DNA from: Methanobacteriota archaeon
GTDB taxonomy: Archaea > Thermoplasmatota > E2 > DHVEG-1
Reading direction: 5' to 3'
Length of the DNA stretch: 59,816 bases
NCBI GenBank assembly: GCA_043806635.1
Contig: JAZDGT010000013.1
Span: 1-59,816 of the forward strand
In this document: positions 1 to 10,453 of the stretch, in pieces
Layout of the letters: every line of letters begins with the position of its first letter
How positions within the stretch are numbered: position 1 is the stretch's first letter
The notes under the pieces: generated by a model
Database searches by the model: none
Told to the model about the DNA's origin: nothing
Seen by the model: only the letters and a program-made list of their open reading frames with translations
Position numbers and translations under genes: made by a program

Positions 1-51
1 CCACCCACTCAACTGCTATCGATCACGATGGAAACAGGAGAAGAAAACACC

Positions 52-639
52 ATGAAACACTTCATCACATTCGAAGGATTCGACGGCTCAGGGAAATCCA
101 CCATAGCCAAACTCGTCTACGAACGACTACAAAAAGAAGGTTACCCTGTCGTACTCACCTACGAACCCACAGATACACCAGTCGGTAAATACGTCCAAGA
201 CTGCATCAAAACATCCTCAGACCCCTTCATCACCGCGTTCACCTTCATCGCAGATCGAATCCAACATTGCCAACAGATACAACACTGGCTCGATGAAAAA
301 AAGATCGTGCTCTGCGACCGATACGCGGACTCAACCTACGCATACCAAGGCGCACAACTCACCAAAGAAATACGCAACCCCATCAAATGGCTACAAGACC
401 TCTCCAAAAACCGCATCCTCATCCCAGATCGAACATTCCTCTTCATCATCGACCCCAAAGAATCAATCAAACGGATCCAAAGCCGAAATAACCTGATCCC
501 CTTCGAACGAGTCACATTCCTAAAAAAAGTACATGCGAACTATCTGAAACTCTCAACAGAGAAACGCTTTCTGAAGGTGGACGCAACTAAAACAAAAGAA
601 GAAATAGCTGAGCTCTGTTACCGGGATATCCTCTCATAA
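52..639 (+). CDS. tmk: Thymidylate kinase (dTMP kinase)
   Basis: FITFEGFDGSGKST P-loop, YEPT and LCDRYADSTYAYQG motifs; start MKHFI at 52 preferred (track start 28). Confidence 0.95.
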   Translation: MKHFITFEGFDGSGKSTIAKLVYERLQKEGYPVVLTYEPTDTPVGKYVQDCIKTSSDPFITAFTFIADRIQHCQQIQHWLDEKKIVLCDRYADSTYAYQGAQLTKEIRNPIKWLQDLSKNRILIPDRTFLFIIDPKESIKRIQSRNNLIPFERVTFLKKVHANYLKLSTEKRFLKVDATKTKEEIAELCYRDILS

Positions 640-660
640 GACACAAACACAGGTGAAGCT

Positions 661-1311
661 ATGACATCTCGGTATAAGCTCGCGATTTTTGATATGGATG
701 ATACCCTTCTCAAAGGCAGAACCATACACATCATCGGAGCACAAAAAGGATTCCGAGACGAAGTACTCCGACTAGAAGACAGCCCCATAGTCTCCTATCA
801 GAAAAACCGGGAGATCGCAAAACTCCTCCGCGGAATACCCCAACAAGAGATGATACAGATCTTCCGAGGCATCCCCCTACAGGACCACGTCACAGAACTC
901 ATGAAAACACTGAAACAGAAGAAGATACGCACCGCGGTGGTGACGAATTGCTATCAGTTTCTTGCCGATGATCTCAAAAACCGATTGGGTATGGATTACG
1001 CGGTCGCCAACGACATCCGAGTACAAAATGGGGTGATCACCGGTGAACTCATCCTTCAGAACACCGTGTTAAAAGAGAAGTTCCCCGGATGCAAGATACA
1101 TCCGATCTGCAAACGATCAGTCGTTGATTTTTTCTGTGAAAAACTTGGTATCCAACCCGAAGAAATTATCGCAGTAGGAGACGGAAAAATCGATATCTGC
1201 ATGTTGGAACGCGCCGGACTAGGCGTCGCGTTTCATGCGTCCAGGGAGGTACAAGAACATGCAGACATCAGTACCGATGATCTACGGATTATTTTACAGT
1301 ACGTTTCATGA
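661..1311 (+). CDS. HAD-IB family phosphatase, phosphoserine phosphatase SerB-like
   Basis: FDMDDTL motif I, AVGDGKID motif IV, AGLGVAF tail typical of SerB. Confidence 0.8.
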   Translation: MTSRYKLAIFDMDDTLLKGRTIHIIGAQKGFRDEVLRLEDSPIVSYQKNREIAKLLRGIPQQEMIQIFRGIPLQDHVTELMKTLKQKKIRTAVVTNCYQFLADDLKNRLGMDYAVANDIRVQNGVITGELILQNTVLKEKFPGCKIHPICKRSVVDFFCEKLGIQPEEIIAVGDGKIDICMLERAGLGVAFHASREVQEHADISTDDLRIILQYVS

Positions 1312-2629
1312 TTAGAACATGATTGTTGTTCTGAAGTTTACCCGTGTTATACGCATCATAGGCGCTCAGATCAAAATGACCATGTCCGCTGCAGGAGAAC
1401 ACGATGATTTTTTTCTCCTTCCTCTGCTTCGCTATGCGTGCAAAATCGATGGCTGAGCGGACCGCATGGGCTGTCTCAGGGGCGACGACGAATCCTTCGG
1501 TGCGAGCGAACAGGGTTGCGGCTTCGAAGGACTCGTGTTGATTGTACGCGAGTGCCTCCATGTATCCTTCTTTGGTGAGTTTGGAGAGAAGCGGTGAATC
1601 CCCATGATATCGGAGTCCACCAGCATGGATCGCGGCTGGGACGAAATCATGACCGAGCGTATACATCTTCAGCAAGGGCGTAAGTCCAACGGTGTCACCG
1701 TAATCATACCGATACTCTCCCTTCGTAAGGGTGGGGCAGGCGACAGGTTCAACGGACACGACTCTGAGATCGGGTTTTTTCCCGAGTATTTTATCTCGTA
1801 TAAAGGGAAAGCTTGCTCCGGAGAAGTTACTGCCTCCTCCGACGCAGCCCGTAATAATATCAGGGTATTTGTCAAGCAGCTGGAATTGTTTTTTCATTTC
1901 TAACCCGATGACGGTTTGGTGAAGGACCACGTGGTTGAGGACGGAGCCAAGGGTGTAATGGGTGTCGTCATGGGTGGCGGCGTCTTCGACGGCTTCGCTG
2001 ATGGCGATGCCAAGGCTTCCTGAGGTGTTCGGGTCTTTTTTGAGGATTTCTCTGCCTGCGTTCGTGTAGGTCGTTGGGCTGGGGAAGACTTCTGCACCCC
2101 AGTTCTCCATGAGTATTTTCCGATAGGGTTTTTGTTCGTAGCTGCATTTCACCATGTAAACGCAACATTTCATATTAAACAGTCGAGTGGCAAACGCGAG
2201 TGCTGACCCCCATTGTCCTGCGCCGGTTTCGGTGACGAGTCGTTGGACACCTTCTTTCATGTTGTAGTAGGCTTGGGCGACGGCGGAGTTGGGTTTGTGG
2301 CTACCGGGTGGGCTGACGCCTTCGTATTTGAAGTAGATTTCCGCGGGTGTGTTGAGGTAGCGTTCGAGTCTGGTGGCTCGGTAGAGTGGGGTGGGTCTCC
2401 AGATCCGGTAGATGTCCCGGACTTCGGTTGGTATGGGGATGTATCGGTCCTGGCTCATTTCTTGTTTGATGAGTTCCATGGCGAAGATGGCTTTGAGGTC
2501 GTCTGGTCCTGCGGGTTGTCGTGTTTTTGGGTGGAGTGGTGGGTCGAGTGGTGTTTTGAGGTCTGCTTGTATGTTGTACCAGGATTTAGGGATATCATTT
2601 TCATCAAGAATGATTTTATTTTTCTTCAT
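1289..2629 (-). CDS. trpB2: TrpB2-type tryptophan synthase beta chain (PLP enzyme)
   Basis: [13 protein letters not shown]-terminus, GSHKPN PLP lysine, [22 protein letters not shown]; start MKKNK at 2629 lies ~25 bp after a TATA-like TTTATATA on minus. Confidence 0.93.
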   Translation of the reverse strand: MKKNKIILDENDIPKSWYNIQADLKTPLDPPLHPKTRQPAGPDDLKAIFAMELIKQEMSQDRYIPIPTEVRDIYRIWRPTPLYRATRLERYLNTPAEIYFKYEGVSPPGSHKPNSAVAQAYYNMKEGVQRLVTETGAGQWGSALAFATRLFNMKCCVYMVKCSYEQKPYRKILMENWGAEVFPSPTTYTNAGREILKKDPNTSGSLGIAISEAVEDAATHDDTHYTLGSVLNHVVLHQTVIGLEMKKQFQLLDKYPDIITGCVGGGSNFSGASFPFIRDKILGKKPDLRVVSVEPVACPTLTKGEYRYDYGDTVGLTPLLKMYTLGHDFVPAAIHAGGLRYHGDSPLLSKLTKEGYMEALAYNQHESFEAATLFARTEGFVVAPETAHAVRSAIDFARIAKQRKEKKIIVFSCSGHGHFDLSAYDAYNTGKLQNNNHVLIMKRTVK

Positions 2630-2673
2630 GAATATATAATGTGGTGTTCTAGGTATATAAATGTTTCTATTTT

Positions 2674-2728
2674 TGTACATTACAGTACAATTTTGTACAT
2701 TGGTGAATTAGCGGGTGTTGGGTGGTAA
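2674..2728 (-). repeat. Copy A of the TGTACA-phased element (left inverted repeat of the gingipain gene)
   Basis: TGTACA/AGTACA/TGTACA at 2674, 2684, 2694; 2685-2728 is the reverse complement of 6154-6197 at 32/44 ungapped positions (hand count). Confidence 0.8.
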
Positions 2729-2780
2729 AAAATAACTGTTGAACAAAGGGCGGTGAATAAATGGGCGAATTTGGTGAGAA

Positions 2781-5700
2781 TCAATTCCATCCACTTTCGT
2801 TTTGGAATGGGTGATGGTCAATGTTATATTCATTGATAATGTAGGGTTGCGATCCGTCATTAGGATTGCCCGTACACGGCCAATCGCTCCAATAGTTCCC
2901 TCCACAAGGGTAGCCGTTATCCCACAGATTGTGTCTGCCTGTGTTAGCTCTTACATTGAAGTCATTGATGAAGTTGTTATGGTAGATGAGATTATCCGAA
3001 GTAGTTTCAATGTCTATACCGCATTGAGTATTATTTGTGATTGTATTTTCAACAATCGTATTGTTGGAAGAATCAGTTTTAAGAAATATACCATTTCTCA
3101 AATTATTGGTAACGGTGTTTCCCTGAATCATATTGTGATGGGAAGATGAATATAGGTAGATGCCATCTCCCGTGTTACCCGTAATCAGATTTTCAGAAAT
3201 GTTGTTCCGATACGAACGTCCACTGACGATACCATAAGATCGATTGATAATACAATTTCTAATAATCGTATTATTATTTGTTGTATCTAATAGGATTCCT
3301 AGCGAGTTGTTATCCTTAATAAGATTATCTGAGATTGTATTATGATGACCTCCGCAAACAAAAACCCCTCTCCAGTTGCCGATGATCACATTTCGAGATA
3401 CAGTGGAATAATACAGGACCATTAGTGTTATTCCTTCCCAGGTATTATTAAGAATCATATTTGAATGAATGGTAATATTTGTAAGACGCATGGTACAATA
3501 AATGCCGAATTTATTATCGGTGATAATAGTATCACGAATCGTACAATTACTGGCGGTTAACCAGATTCCTGCATTAGCATGTTGTATCGTCAACCCCCTG
3601 ATGGTCACGCGATCAGCTCGAAGACGAATAGAGTGATTTGTCCATGATATGCTGTCGATAATCGTCGTATTTTTTTCTTCACCAACAAGATGAAGAGTCT
3701 TGTTAATCCATATATGCTCATAATACGTGCCATTTACAACATTGACCGTACCACCAGTACATACTGCATCGACACCATCTTGGATTCGTTGAAAAGGAAA
3801 CTGCTGTGATCCATCCCAGGGACCAGCAGTGTTATTATCATCAACCCAGACTACTGCTCTGTGAATCATTACGAGGATCGTATCAGTATCAACGTTCCCG
3901 ATGCTATCGTGTACCGTAAGATTCACGGTATAATTACCTACACGTCTATAGGTATGATTCGCTTGTTGCCCCTTTGAAATATTCCCGTCTCCGAAATCCC
4001 ACCACCAATCTTTATAAGGAGGATAGCCTCCACTCGCATGTCCAGTAAAAGACACGGGTTCATTAAGTACCGCTTCAGAAGGAGCAAGGGCTTTCGCATG
4101 AAGTGCCAGCTGCAGGGAGAGTGTAGGATCGCCGAAGTAATTGAGCTGATAGCACTGCCATCTCCAATCCTGCCCATATTGCCCTTGTATCCTCGGGAGA
4201 TTTTGTTCTTTTGAATATTGATTCGCTTTACTAAGGACCGTGATGTTCTTATCGATAACACCATCCCAGAACCAGCGTGCAAATGCCGTTGAAATACCAG
4301 AGTACGAATCTCGTGTGTTCCAAAGCCCAGCGAACGCACCATGTTCTCGTTTCACGGTAAAATACTCCATGATGCTATCCTCTATCAGAGGATTTGTGTT
4401 TGCATCGCGATCAAACGCCCCTGCAGCACACCCCTGTGAGTAGATAAAGCAAGGTTCATCATTGACAAGACGATCAACATCAGTGGTGCTAAAACCTATA
4501 TCTAGCTTCAGGTTTTTGTTAGGCCCAGAATGGCCCAGATGATTAATAATATGGGTTCCATTGTTGATTTCATTGATGATTTCGTCTTTTGGCCATCCTG
4601 TATCCCATGGATCATTTGGGTCGAACCCTGGCCACGAATGATCGTAGAGCCGCTCAATATCGTATTCATCAGCAGGGATCCCAACGGTATTATCCGTTCG
4701 GTTGATCAGCTGTTCTAAATAGGTATCACCGAATTGTCCTGGTCTCAGATACTCACCAGCCATCACTATTTTTTTCAAATAATTATTATAGACGTCTATG
4801 TTTATCGTACAAAAATTTTTCATCTGAAGATATTTCAACGTTTTATTCACAAAATGACCAACTTCGGTGCGGTTTCCGACACAGGCTCTCCCTACATATA
4901 CCTCTGCTCTTAGGTCAACATCAGTCCCGTTCTCACCATCAGTAGCCTCACCCCACCTATTATTATGATTTGAATTATAAGGGCCATCAAGGCAACTGTA
5001 ATAGAAATCAGAAGGACCATAGACATGATTGTTATAATCATATCCAAAATATAGTGTAGGAGCGGGGACTAGATCGATATCACCACCGAGAAGAAGGTAT
5101 TCAATACCCCAAGTAGTATACATCTCTCTGGTAAAATTCCGAATATTTTCACATGTTTGATTCACTGTATTCCCAAGAGGAATATCGGCCCCTAAGGTTT
5201 TGATAATGGTAGATATGCCTCGTCTATTGTGGACGGTTGCTAACTGAAAAAAACCACCCTTTAACTCGTCTGTTGTAATAATGAGGAGATCATATTTTTT
5301 AACGATTCTCTGAGCAGGTTCGTTCGATATGTATGTTTGTATAACCTCAGGGTTATCAATTTTCTCTTTTACCTCACTGTCGTCCACCTCTAATCCACGA
5401 TAAAGCAAATGAGTATTTTCTTTTATGTGTGTCCGGACAACGATAGTCATCTCAGAATAACATTCAAGTATATTGGTCAGAGGAGTGTATTTAATAGGAT
5501 ATAATGACAAACTAAGAATTCGATAACCCCTGAAACACTGGGTACCAATCTGATCAAAAAGCTTCTCAGGAAAGGGGGCGGCAGATGTATAGATCGTCGG
5601 ATTCGGTGTTGGGAATGTTGCTACGTCTATTTGTGAACAGGGAACTAGGGTATCTGCTGGTTCAATCTTCTTTTCTATCCTGATTGTAACTTTGTCACCA

Positions 5701-6074
5701 AGAATAATATCAACACTGCTCACTTCTTTCCTAGAAGGTATCAGGATATTTGCCATATATACAGGTAAAAGGGGATCGCCAGGGTTACCTAGACAAGGGG
5801 CATTTGGGAGTTCAATACGGGTATATTTGATATCACCAATTAGCACTGTCCTCAGTGTTGGTAAAGTAAACGTATATTTGATTATCATCTGTTGGTCATT
5901 AGGAACCCCTCTAGAAAATTCTGTATTAGAACATGATGATTTTGAGGATGTTTCTATAGTAGATAAAAATTGTTCGCTATGTATCCCATGGGCAACGAAA
6001 TTGGGGAGACATAAGATGGTTATTAAAAGAATACAGACTGTTTCTACTTTAATTCTTAATCCCCTTATTATCAT
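2781..6074 (-). CDS. Secreted gingipain-like peptidase C25 with propeptide, PKD domain and C-terminal CASH/NosD-like beta-helix
   Basis: Signal peptide; C25 propeptide (PGDPLLP); YLLLGGD, SDFYYSCLDG, VYVGR; catalytic INHLGHSG and SQGC; LNYFGDP; PKD WWWDFGDG; N-I-x-x-N repeats. Confidence 0.9.
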   Translation of the reverse strand: MIIRGLRIKVETVCILLITILCLPNFVAHGIHSEQFLSTIETSSKSSCSNTEFSRGVPNDQQMIIKYTFTLPTLRTVLIGDIKYTRIELPNAPCLGNPGDPLLPVYMANILIPSRKEVSSVDIILGDKVTIRIEKKIEPADTLVPCSQIDVATFPTPNPTIYTSAAPFPEKLFDQIGTQCFRGYRILSLSLYPIKYTPLTNILECYSEMTIVVRTHIKENTHLLYRGLEVDDSEVKEKIDNPEVIQTYISNEPAQRIVKKYDLLIITTDELKGGFFQLATVHNRRGISTIIKTLGADIPLGNTVNQTCENIRNFTREMYTTWGIEYLLLGGDIDLVPAPTLYFGYDYNNHVYGPSDFYYSCLDGPYNSNHNNRWGEATDGENGTDVDLRAEVYVGRACVGNRTEVGHFVNKTLKYLQMKNFCTINIDVYNNYLKKIVMAGEYLRPGQFGDTYLEQLINRTDNTVGIPADEYDIERLYDHSWPGFDPNDPWDTGWPKDEIINEINNGTHIINHLGHSGPNKNLKLDIGFSTTDVDRLVNDEPCFIYSQGCAAGAFDRDANTNPLIEDSIMEYFTVKREHGAFAGLWNTRDSYSGISTAFARWFWDGVIDKNITVLSKANQYSKEQNLPRIQGQYGQDWRWQCYQLNYFGDPTLSLQLALHAKALAPSEAVLNEPVSFTGHASGGYPPYKDWWWDFGDGNISKGQQANHTYRRVGNYTVNLTVHDSIGNVDTDTILVMIHRAVVWVDDNNTAGPWDGSQQFPFQRIQDGVDAVCTGGTVNVVNGTYYEHIWINKTLHLVGEEKNTTIIDSISWTNHSIRLRADRVTIRGLTIQHANAGIWLTASNCTIRDTIITDNKFGIYCTMRLTNITIHSNMILNNTWEGITLMVLYYSTVSRNVIIGNWRGVFVCGGHHNTISDNLIKDNNSLGILLDTTNNNTIIRNCIINRSYGIVSGRSYRNNISENLITGNTGDGIYLYSSSHHNMIQGNTVTNNLRNGIFLKTDSSNNTIVENTITNNTQCGIDIETTSDNLIYHNNFINDFNVRANTGRHNLWDNGYPCGGNYWSDWPCTGNPNDGSQPYIINEYNIDHHPFQNESGWN

Positions 6075-6153
6075 AGATTTCTTTCTATCTTTTTTAATAT
6101 CATATAGATTTAAATAATTTTTGTCGATTTTTTTATTAATTATAGGTTGATGG

Positions 6154-6210
6154 TTACCGCCCAGAACCTACCAACCCATTAATGTACAATAATGTACATT
6201 CAATAGGACA
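6154..6210 (+). repeat. Copy B of the TGTACA-phased element (right inverted repeat of the gingipain gene)
   Basis: ttaccgcccagaacctaccaacccattAATGTACAataaTGTACATT; boxes at 6183 and 6193. Confidence 0.8.
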
Positions 6211-6221
6211 AAATAAAAACA

Positions 6222-6620
6222 CTATCTCGTCGGAACCGAATGCCGATAAAACCCCACAATAAAAAACCCAGAAAACACACCACTAAACTGCCCAGGATCC
6301 AACCGAATCTCAGAATCACCCACCACCTTCCGAATCACCCACAGAACAGGAATACTTGGCAACCGCGACTCCGCATCCCACACCGTCCAATCAAAACCCG
6401 CAACCGGCGAAAACACCAGAACACCAGACTCATCAGAATGAGCCTTCCGGATCACCCCACAAAAAAATGTCAAAGCAGGTGCTCGACCAATCAACGAATC
6501 ATTCTCAGGATCAGAAGCCGACACAACACCCTGAACCAACGGCGCACACAACAACAACACACCAAACAGAACACCTACCCTACAATACATTCTCTTCCGC
6601 ATACACAGCCCTCGACTCAT
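6222..6620 (-). CDS. Small secreted hypothetical protein
   Basis: N-terminal signal peptide (GVLFGVLLLCAPLVQG); TATA-like TTTATAT ~30 bp upstream; exact start uncertain. Confidence 0.65.
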   Translation of the reverse strand: MSRGLCMRKRMYCRVGVLFGVLLLCAPLVQGVVSASDPENDSLIGRAPALTFFCGVIRKAHSDESGVLVFSPVAGFDWTVWDAESRLPSIPVLWVIRKVVGDSEIRLDPGQFSGVFSGFFIVGFYRHSVPTR

Positions 6621-6671
6621 ACAACAAATTAAAATATATTCCTTCCTCCATATAAAGTTTTACCAAAAGAA

Positions 6672-7673
6672 TGCTTTGTGTAATTATCTTTTAAAGACAT
6701 AGTCCAATGCATCCAACAGGGATGTAGGATGCAAAGGACTAGTCAAAAGAAGGAAACGTGGGAGAGGCATAAAGAGGTTAGTATCGACTGGAAACACTAC
6801 GATGAAAGCAGACTCAGCGAATGTAAGAGGATTTTAGATCTGACTACGGTGTTTCATGAACTGGATAAACCAGTTCAGCGGAGAGAATTTCAACTCTCCC
6901 GTCTCACCGTTTTGCTCCTGTTTAAAATCCTATTCGGCCTTTCATATCGTAGTATAGCAAATGCAACAAATGATTTGAAAATCTACCATGCGCTTGGGAT
7001 GAAACGAGCACCATGTTACAAGACCATCCAGAACACTATGGAATATCTTGATACATGGTTTCTCTCCCAGATCAATCGACTCTTCCTTCCACAGCGAGTC
7101 GCGCTGGGTGGTGTCGATTCCAGCGGGCTGAAAACCCACCAAAAAGGAGCATGGATTCAGATACGCTTCCAGAAATATCAGAAAAAACGGGATTTCAAGA
7201 AAACTCATATCTTTGTCGACCTGGTTTCGAAGAAAATCATCTATTGTTTAGTCACCAAAGGAACTGCATCTGACCATAAACAGCTGAAAAAAATACTCAA
7301 GGAATGTGACTGGATACGGGTCGACATTATCCTCGGTGACAAAGGGTACGATACCCGGGAATGCTTCAACGAAATTACCAAACAAGGTTCCACACCTGGA
7401 ATAAAAGTACGAAAAAACGCATCGAGAAAAGCCCGCGGTTGCCCCAGCAGACGGAAAGCAGTAATCGCCCAACAAGAGGATAACGATGGTTGGAAAAAGA
7501 AGGTTCAAGCGACCATGCGCTGTGTTGTTGAAGCAATATTTTCTGGGACGAAACGACGATTTGGCGAATACCTGTTCAGCCTCAAAGCACGATTTCGACG
7601 GGTCGAAGTATGGTTGCGTACTCTCCTGTGGAATGTTCTGATTTACCCGAGGTGAGAATTATTACACAAAGCA
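6672..7673 (+). mobile_element. IS5-family (IS903-group-like) insertion sequence, 1002 bp
   Basis: TIR TGCTTTGTGTAAT (6672-6684) and ATTACACAAAGCA (7661-7673); 9-bp TSD CCAAAAGAA at 6663-6671 and 7674-7682; ends resemble IS903 GGCTTTG. Confidence 0.92.
6729..7655 (+). CDS. IS5-family DDE transposase
   Basis: GVDSSGL, ILGDKGYD and RCVVEAIFSGTKRRFG carry the DDE triad; ORF fills the IS. Confidence 0.92.
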   Translation: MQRTSQKKETWERHKEVSIDWKHYDESRLSECKRILDLTTVFHELDKPVQRREFQLSRLTVLLLFKILFGLSYRSIANATNDLKIYHALGMKRAPCYKTIQNTMEYLDTWFLSQINRLFLPQRVALGGVDSSGLKTHQKGAWIQIRFQKYQKKRDFKKTHIFVDLVSKKIIYCLVTKGTASDHKQLKKILKECDWIRVDIILGDKGYDTRECFNEITKQGSTPGIKVRKNASRKARGCPSRRKAVIAQQEDNDGWKKKVQATMRCVVEAIFSGTKRRFGEYLFSLKARFRRVEVWLRTLLWNVLIYPR

Positions 7674-7740
7674 CCAAAAGAACCAAGAAAAACACTAAAA
7701 AACAAAACATTAAAACCCAGCAACACCGTACCATCTACGA

Positions 7741-8241
7741 ATGTGGAACCAACTCTCCATCTTCTTCAAAGACTACCCGAAACAAAAAAAGATCGCACAA
7801 AAAATGCTCGAATACGGACTACGAACCCATAACCAAAAAATCTACTGCGGACCCATCGAACTCTCCGACTCCAAACTTGCACGAGCTTTAGACGTCGACC
7901 GACGAGCCATCACCGCCACCATCACCACCATCACCAACAACCCCGAACTCCAAACCATATTCTCCAAACTCACCCCCACCTGCCACCTCAAAGACGTCGC
8001 ACCAGCCATGAACTGGGGCGTTATCGAAATCATCCCCAAAGACCCCAGCACACCCGGCATACTCGCCGCCGTCGCCACCCTCATCGCCGACCACCACATC
8101 AGCATCAGACAAGCCATCGGAGACGACTTCGAACTCTCAGAAGAACCCCGACTCTTCATCGTCACCGAAAAACCAGTACCCGGAACACTCATACCAAAAA
8201 TACGAAACGCCCACGGAGTCAAAGCAGTACTAATCTACTAA
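7741..8241 (+). CDS. Archaeal HTH + ACT domain regulator of amino-acid metabolism (COG2150-like)
   Basis: YCGPIELSDSKLARALDVDRR HTH; ACT domain PGILAAVA..ISIRQAI..PRLFIVTE. Confidence 0.85.
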   Translation: MWNQLSIFFKDYPKQKKIAQKMLEYGLRTHNQKIYCGPIELSDSKLARALDVDRRAITATITTITNNPELQTIFSKLTPTCHLKDVAPAMNWGVIEIIPKDPSTPGILAAVATLIADHHISIRQAIGDDFELSEEPRLFIVTEKPVPGTLIPKIRNAHGVKAVLIY

Positions 8242-8397
8242 ACCAACCCCCTCCCCTAATACAACAGAAGAAAAAACCACGTTTTAAACTAAAACCTTAT
8301 GTAGGGGAAAACCGATGACTTTTATGAGGAGAACTACTACACCAAGAACATCTTCACCTTACGTAACGTTAGAACACTCACCCAGACAAAGCACCAT

Positions 8398-8499
8398 GGG
8401 GGATCAGGATTTGAAAACTGGGGAGGCAAACAATCTCGGCCACTTGCTCCCAAGACTCAAAGGCACAACATTTCTCCTGTTGAGTGCATCCTATCCCCC
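8398..8499 (-). ncRNA. Candidate ~102-nt three-way-junction RNA of unknown family
   Basis: Three nested stems visible by eye; G-U pairs extend helices on the minus strand; TTTTAATT ~20-25 bp upstream on minus. Confidence 0.5.
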
Positions 8500-8636
8500 T
8501 TCCCACTTAGTATAGAAATTAAAAGAACACAACCAATTATTCTATTTTGATCTACGAATGATTGTTGGGTGTTTTCCGAACATTTTACCATGATTTATAT
8601 ATTCAACAGGATAAATATAGTTTTGGTGAAAAAGCA

Positions 8637-9185
8637 ATGAAACCACAAAACAAACACAGAATCTTTGGGCTGATCATGATACTGATACTCGTAGCTGGAA
8701 GCATCATTTGGATAAAAACAATAAATGATACCACACTGCCCGATATATCAAATAAAAAATATACAGAGTTCAATTTTGTCCTCAAATATGGCCCCTATGC
8801 TCGGAATGAAATAAACACGTTTAACCACACCTTCACCCAAGATATGGTTACTGCTCTCCCACTCACGATCAATCTCACCTTCACACCCGAGGAACTCGAA
8901 ACAATCTATGAAAAAATGAAAGAAATCAATTTTTTTGAATATCCTGAAGAAATTTTTACCCCCTCTCCTTTCAATAACAGTGGTGTTATACCCCCTTCGA
9001 TAATTGACTTCACAGTAAGCGTGAATTCAACAATAAAACGACTCTATTGCGGGGATCATACCTATTATGCTACTGAAGATGAACAAGCAAAGAAACTCAA
9101 CGTCTTACTTTTATTTATCTTCGATATCCTCGAATCAAATGAAGACTATCAAAACATGCCAGAACCAATCGGTGGGTACGACTAG
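8637..9185 (+). CDS. Membrane-anchored hypothetical protein
   Basis: N-terminal TM helix; GGTGA SD before ATG 8637. Confidence 0.75.
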   Translation: MKPQNKHRIFGLIMILILVAGSIIWIKTINDTTLPDISNKKYTEFNFVLKYGPYARNEINTFNHTFTQDMVTALPLTINLTFTPEELETIYEKMKEINFFEYPEEIFTPSPFNNSGVIPPSIIDFTVSVNSTIKRLYCGDHTYYATEDEQAKKLNVLLLFIFDILESNEDYQNMPEPIGGYD

Positions 9186-9248
9186 AAAAAACTACGAATA
9201 CTCTCTTGCATATCACCGATCGAAACCGAGGAGATCCGGTAAATGCTT

Positions 9249-10325
9249 TTATGCTAGGGTGATCTCCTTACACAGATACACGTCTTGGATCTCATGCAGC
9301 AGCTTAATCCCATCATCCATCGGACGCTGGAACGCCTTCCTCCCAGAAATCAGACCAGTCCCACCAGCACGCTTATTAATCACCGCGGTACGCACCGCCT
9401 GAGCAAAATCATTCGCACCAGACTCGCCACCAGAGTTAATCAACCCGACCCGACCCATATAACAATTCGCGATCTGATACCGGGTTAAATCAATCGGGTG
9501 ATCAGAACACAACTCCGTGTACGCGCGGTTATCCATCTTCCCATACTTCACCCCATCCTTATTCAACGCCACATATCCACCGTTGTTAGTCGGGAGTTTC
9601 TGCTTCACAATATCCGCCTCAATCGTCACCCCAAGATGATTCGCCTGACCCGTCAAATCCGCGGCCGTATGATAATCCTTCCCACCCGTCTTAAACGCAG
9701 GATTCCTAAGATAACACCACAGGATCGTCGCAAGCCCGAGCTCATGTGCATACTTGAACGCCTCACTCACCTCCTGGATCTGACGCGTCGACTCCTCAGA
9801 ACCAAAATAAATCGTCGCACCAACCGCAGCAGCACCCATCTCCCACGCCTGATCCACACCAGCAAACATCACCTGATCAAACTTATTCGGATACGTCAAC
9901 AACTCATTATGATTCAACTTCACAATAAACGGGATACAGTGCGCATACCGCCGAGACACCGACCCAAGAACACCAAGCGTCGACGCCACCGCGTTACACC
10001 CACCCTTCATCGCAAGCTCAAGGATATGCTCAGGATCAAAATACAACGGATTCGGAGCAAAACTCGCCGCAGCAGAATGCTCAATCCCCTGATCAACCGG
10101 AAGAATAGACACATACCCAGTCCCCGCCAGACGACCATGATAAAAAATCGATTTCAGATTCCTCAACACCGGCGTCGACCGATCCGTATCCATATACACC
10201 CGCTCCACAAAATCAGGACCAGGGACATGCAGCCAATCCACAGGAATCTTCTCACACCGATGATTCAACAAAAAATCAGCTTCAGAACCTAAATAGCCTC
10301 TAATCTTCTCAAAATCCGGATTCAT
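9249..10325 (-). CDS. fbaB: Class I fructose-bisphosphate aldolase (FbaB/DhnA type)
   Basis: [29 protein letters not shown] Schiff-base lysine, [12 protein letters not shown]; start MNPDF. Confidence 0.95.
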   Translation of the reverse strand: MNPDFEKIRGYLGSEADFLLNHRCEKIPVDWLHVPGPDFVERVYMDTDRSTPVLRNLKSIFYHGRLAGTGYVSILPVDQGIEHSAAASFAPNPLYFDPEHILELAMKGGCNAVASTLGVLGSVSRRYAHCIPFIVKLNHNELLTYPNKFDQVMFAGVDQAWEMGAAAVGATIYFGSEESTRQIQEVSEAFKYAHELGLATILWCYLRNPAFKTGGKDYHTAADLTGQANHLGVTIEADIVKQKLPTNNGGYVALNKDGVKYGKMDNRAYTELCSDHPIDLTRYQIANCYMGRVGLINSGGESGANDFAQAVRTAVINKRAGGTGLISGRKAFQRPMDDGIKLLHEIQDVYLCKEITLA

Positions 10326-10453
10326 ATACGTCCCTACTTCTTGATACTCTGCCAAAACAGGCCACCTCACACACTACCCCAAGCTATACCACCAAATATA
10401 ATAAACCTTTCGACACAAAAAAAAGAAAAAAAATAGAAGAGATACAGGAGAAC

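Noticed and set aside
2674-6210. Assignment as a bona fide Tn7/CAST transposon from TGT...ACA ends
   Set aside because: No 5-bp TSD (flanks ATTTT versus AAATA) and no tns or cas genes; retained only as an unexplained inverted-repeat pair.
8398-8499. tRNA or 5S rRNA interpretation of the structured segment
   Set aside because: It has a TTCAAATCC-like motif on minus but no D arm, anticodon arm or proper T stem, and no 5S consensus; kept only as an unknown ncRNA.
8315-8515. 66-aa plus-strand ORF
   Set aside because: No SD, no recognisable protein features, and it overlaps the structured RNA candidate.
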